Source: a virus. Taken from it: 15,304 nt of DNA. Both the position numbers and the translations under genes were made by a program. Position 1 is the stretch's first letter. Every line of letters begins with the position of its first letter. This document shows positions 13,704-15,304 of the stretch, one piece after another. The stretch lies in the UHGV virus genome UHGV-0078760, one strand, 5' to 3'. Below the pieces are notes generated by a model, which was not told the origin of the DNA, made no database searches, and worked only from the letters and a program-made list of their open reading frames with translations.

Positions 13704-14756
13704 ATGAAGAATACTGTAAAAATAAACAGTGTTGAGTTAATCAACGCTGATAGCCTGCATTACGTCGCCACCCTCCCGGATAACTCTATTGATCTGATAG
13801 TTACGGATCCGCCGTACTTCAAAGTGAAGCCCAACGGCTGGGACAACCAATGGAAGGGGGACGAGGACTACTTACGCTGGCTTGATAGCTGTCTGGCTGA
13901 GTATGCTCGCGTTCTTAAACCTGCTGGCAGCATCTACTTGTTTTGCGGTCACCGGCTGGCCTCAGACATAGAGATTATGATGCGTGCCCGGTTCAACGTT
14001 TTGAATCATATAATTTGGGCAAAACCATCTGGCCGCTGGAATGGCTGCAACAAAGAAAGCCTGCGTGCGTACTTTCCATCTACGGAACGGATTTTGTTTG
14101 CTGAGCACTATCTTGGGCCGTACACAGGTAAAGAGGACGTTTACGAAAGGAAAAGCACAGAACTAAAGCAGCACATTATGACGCCACTGATTGACTACTT
14201 CCGTAATGCCCGTGAATCACTGGGTGTCAGCTCGAAAGAAATAGCTGAGGCAACCGGAAAGAAAAACATGGCGTCACACTGGTTTGGTGCAAGCCAATGG
14301 CAACTACCAAATGAAGTGGACTATAGAAAATTGCAGGAACTGTTCACGCGGATCGCTATCGATAAGCACATTCAGCAGAAGCTTGAACATCCTCACCACC
14401 AGCTAGTGGCTACCTATCAGTCATTAAACCGCAAGTATTCAGAATTGCTGGAGGAATACAAAACCCTCCGGCGCTGCTTCTCTGTTTCCGCTCTTGTTCC
14501 GTATACCGACGTATGGACGCATAAGCCTGTTCAGTTTTATCCGGGCAAACATCCATGCGAAAACCCTGCCGATATGCTGAAACAGATCATTAGCGCCAGC
14601 AGCAGGCCGGGGGATATCGTTGCCGATTTCTTTATGGGCTCTGGTTCAACTGTGAAAGCAGCAATAGAACTTGGCCGTCGGGCGATCGGCGTAGAACTGG
14701 AAGCTGACAGATTTATTCAGACCACCGAAGAGGTGGAAAAACTGAGCAAAACATAA
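13704..14756 (+). CDS. Beta-class DNA methyltransferase (N6-adenine or N4-cytosine; DPPY motif IV preceding FxGxG motif I)
   Basis: Translation shows LIVTDPPYF near the N-terminus and FFMGSGST near the C-terminus (circularly permuted beta-class order) with a central variable region. No nuclease partner recognisable adjacent. Confidence 0.85.
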   Translation: MKNTVKINSVELINADSLHYVATLPDNSIDLIVTDPPYFKVKPNGWDNQWKGDEDYLRWLDSCLAEYARVLKPAGSIYLFCGHRLASDIEIMMRARFNVLNHIIWAKPSGRWNGCNKESLRAYFPSTERILFAEHYLGPYTGKEDVYERKSTELKQHIMTPLIDYFRNARESLGVSSKEIAEATGKKNMASHWFGASQWQLPNEVDYRKLQELFTRIAIDKHIQQKLEHPHHQLVATYQSLNRKYSELLEEYKTLRRCFSVSALVPYTDVWTHKPVQFYPGKHPCENPADMLKQIISASSRPGDIVADFFMGSGSTVKAAIELGRRAIGVELEADRFIQTTEEVEKLSKT

Positions 14757-14902
14757 CGATCATCACGCCCCTGTGGATGTGGTGATCACCATTTTCAGGC
14801 ACTGGGAATCATCCTTACTTTTATTTGAACAAAAGAGCCCGGTTGCCTGATTCCACATCCCCTCATTTCTGAGAGGAATCACAGCAATTAAGAGGGGGCT
14901 AA

Positions 14903-15289
14903 ATGTCCGATCCGATTTCCGGTACTGGACTGGCTGGTGGTGTCCTTACGGGTGCCAGCGTATATGGATTTCTGTCCGGAACCGATTACGGCGTGGTTTT
15001 TGGCGCGTTTGCCGGAGCTGTATTTTACATTGCGACCACAGCTGACCTGAGTGCAGCGCGCCGTCTGGCATATTTTCTGGTGTCGTATATTGCGGGGATC
15101 CTTTGTTCCGGGCTGGTGGGTTCAAAGCTGGCTCAGGTTACTGGCTACAGTGATAAACCACTGGATGCCATTGGCGCCGTAATCGTTTCTGCTTTAGCCG
15201 TCAAAATCCTGACGTTCCTGAATAATCAGGATGTCGGCTCGCTGGTGGCGCTGATAACGCGCCGGGGAGGTTCAGGTGGTACAAAATGA
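14903..15289 (+). CDS. Putative holin / small multi-pass membrane protein at the head of the lysis cassette
   Basis: 128 aa with 3-4 glycine-rich hydrophobic segments and a charged C-terminus; AAGAGGGGG SD; stop overlaps the ATG of the next gene (ATGA at 15286-15289). Four predicted helices is unusual for a holin, so the call is tentative. Confidence 0.45.
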   Translation: MSDPISGTGLAGGVLTGASVYGFLSGTDYGVVFGAFAGAVFYIATTADLSAARRLAYFLVSYIAGILCSGLVGSKLAQVTGYSDKPLDAIGAVIVSALAVKILTFLNNQDVGSLVALITRRGGSGGTK

Positions 15290-15304
15290 CCCATCGGCAA
15301 CTTT
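15286..15304 (+). CDS. 5' end of downstream gene (MTHRQL...), truncated by the window; likely a lysis-cassette partner
   Basis: ATG at 15286 overlapping the upstream stop, GGTGGT SD 5 nt upstream; only 19 nt visible so the product cannot be supported. Confidence 0.25.

Larger units (their letters stand above)
327..15304. mobile_element. Lambdoid-type prophage, integrase end through start of lysis cassette; right end beyond window, left boundary (attL) not located
   Basis: Canonical gene order int-xis-exo, early-left operon, PL/OL, cI, OR/PR, cro, cII-like, replication initiator, nin-like genes (rusA, rha, Cys/His protein), Q-like, late promoter plus terminator, holin. Genes are tightly packed with overlapping start/stop codons. 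Confidence 0.85.

Noticed and set aside
14781-14790. 10-bp perfect palindrome GGTGATCACC upstream of the holin as a regulatory site
   Set aside because: Short palindromes of this size occur by chance; there are no flanking promoter elements or repeated copies to support function.
1-15304. CRISPR arrays, IS elements or transposases
   Set aside because: No regularly spaced direct repeats with unique spacers and no transposase-like ORF; the only repeat array is the iteron set inside the initiator gene.

Overview
The window reads as one contiguous lambdoid-type prophage, running from the integrase end through the early and immunity regions to the first gene of the lysis cassette. Minus strand, left to right: tyrosine integrase (327-1502), excisionase, a DnaQ-like DEDDh 3'-5' exonuclease, then a tightly overlapped early-left operon of small accessory genes (Zn-ribbon protein, a strongly acidic 77-aa protein, an 84-aa basic protein, an unlisted 54-aa ORF, an HD phosphohydrolase, a 275-aa and a 123-aa protein of unknown function). 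The immunity region follows: a PL/OL-like promoter, an intrinsic terminator, a CI-like S24 repressor (5867-6523) and a divergent OR/PR region with a Cro-like gene. Plus strand continues with a CII-position gene, a replication initiator with in-gene iterons, a Dam-like methyltransferase with a long C-terminal extension, RusA, a Rha-like regulator, a Cys/His-rich NinG-position protein, a Q-like gene, a late promoter with intrinsic terminator, an AT-rich membrane-protein moron (12866-13528), a beta-class DNA methyltransferase (13704-14756) and a putative holin. The most interesting candidates for undescribed biology are the moron plus methyltransferase cargo between tR' and the lysis genes, the methyltransferase fusion sitting where a helicase loader is expected, the absence of any N-like gene downstream of PL, and the acidic small protein in the early-left operon. 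All calls rest on reading the sequence and ORF translations by eye; no database search was run, so family names are recollection-based and distant homology is unverified.
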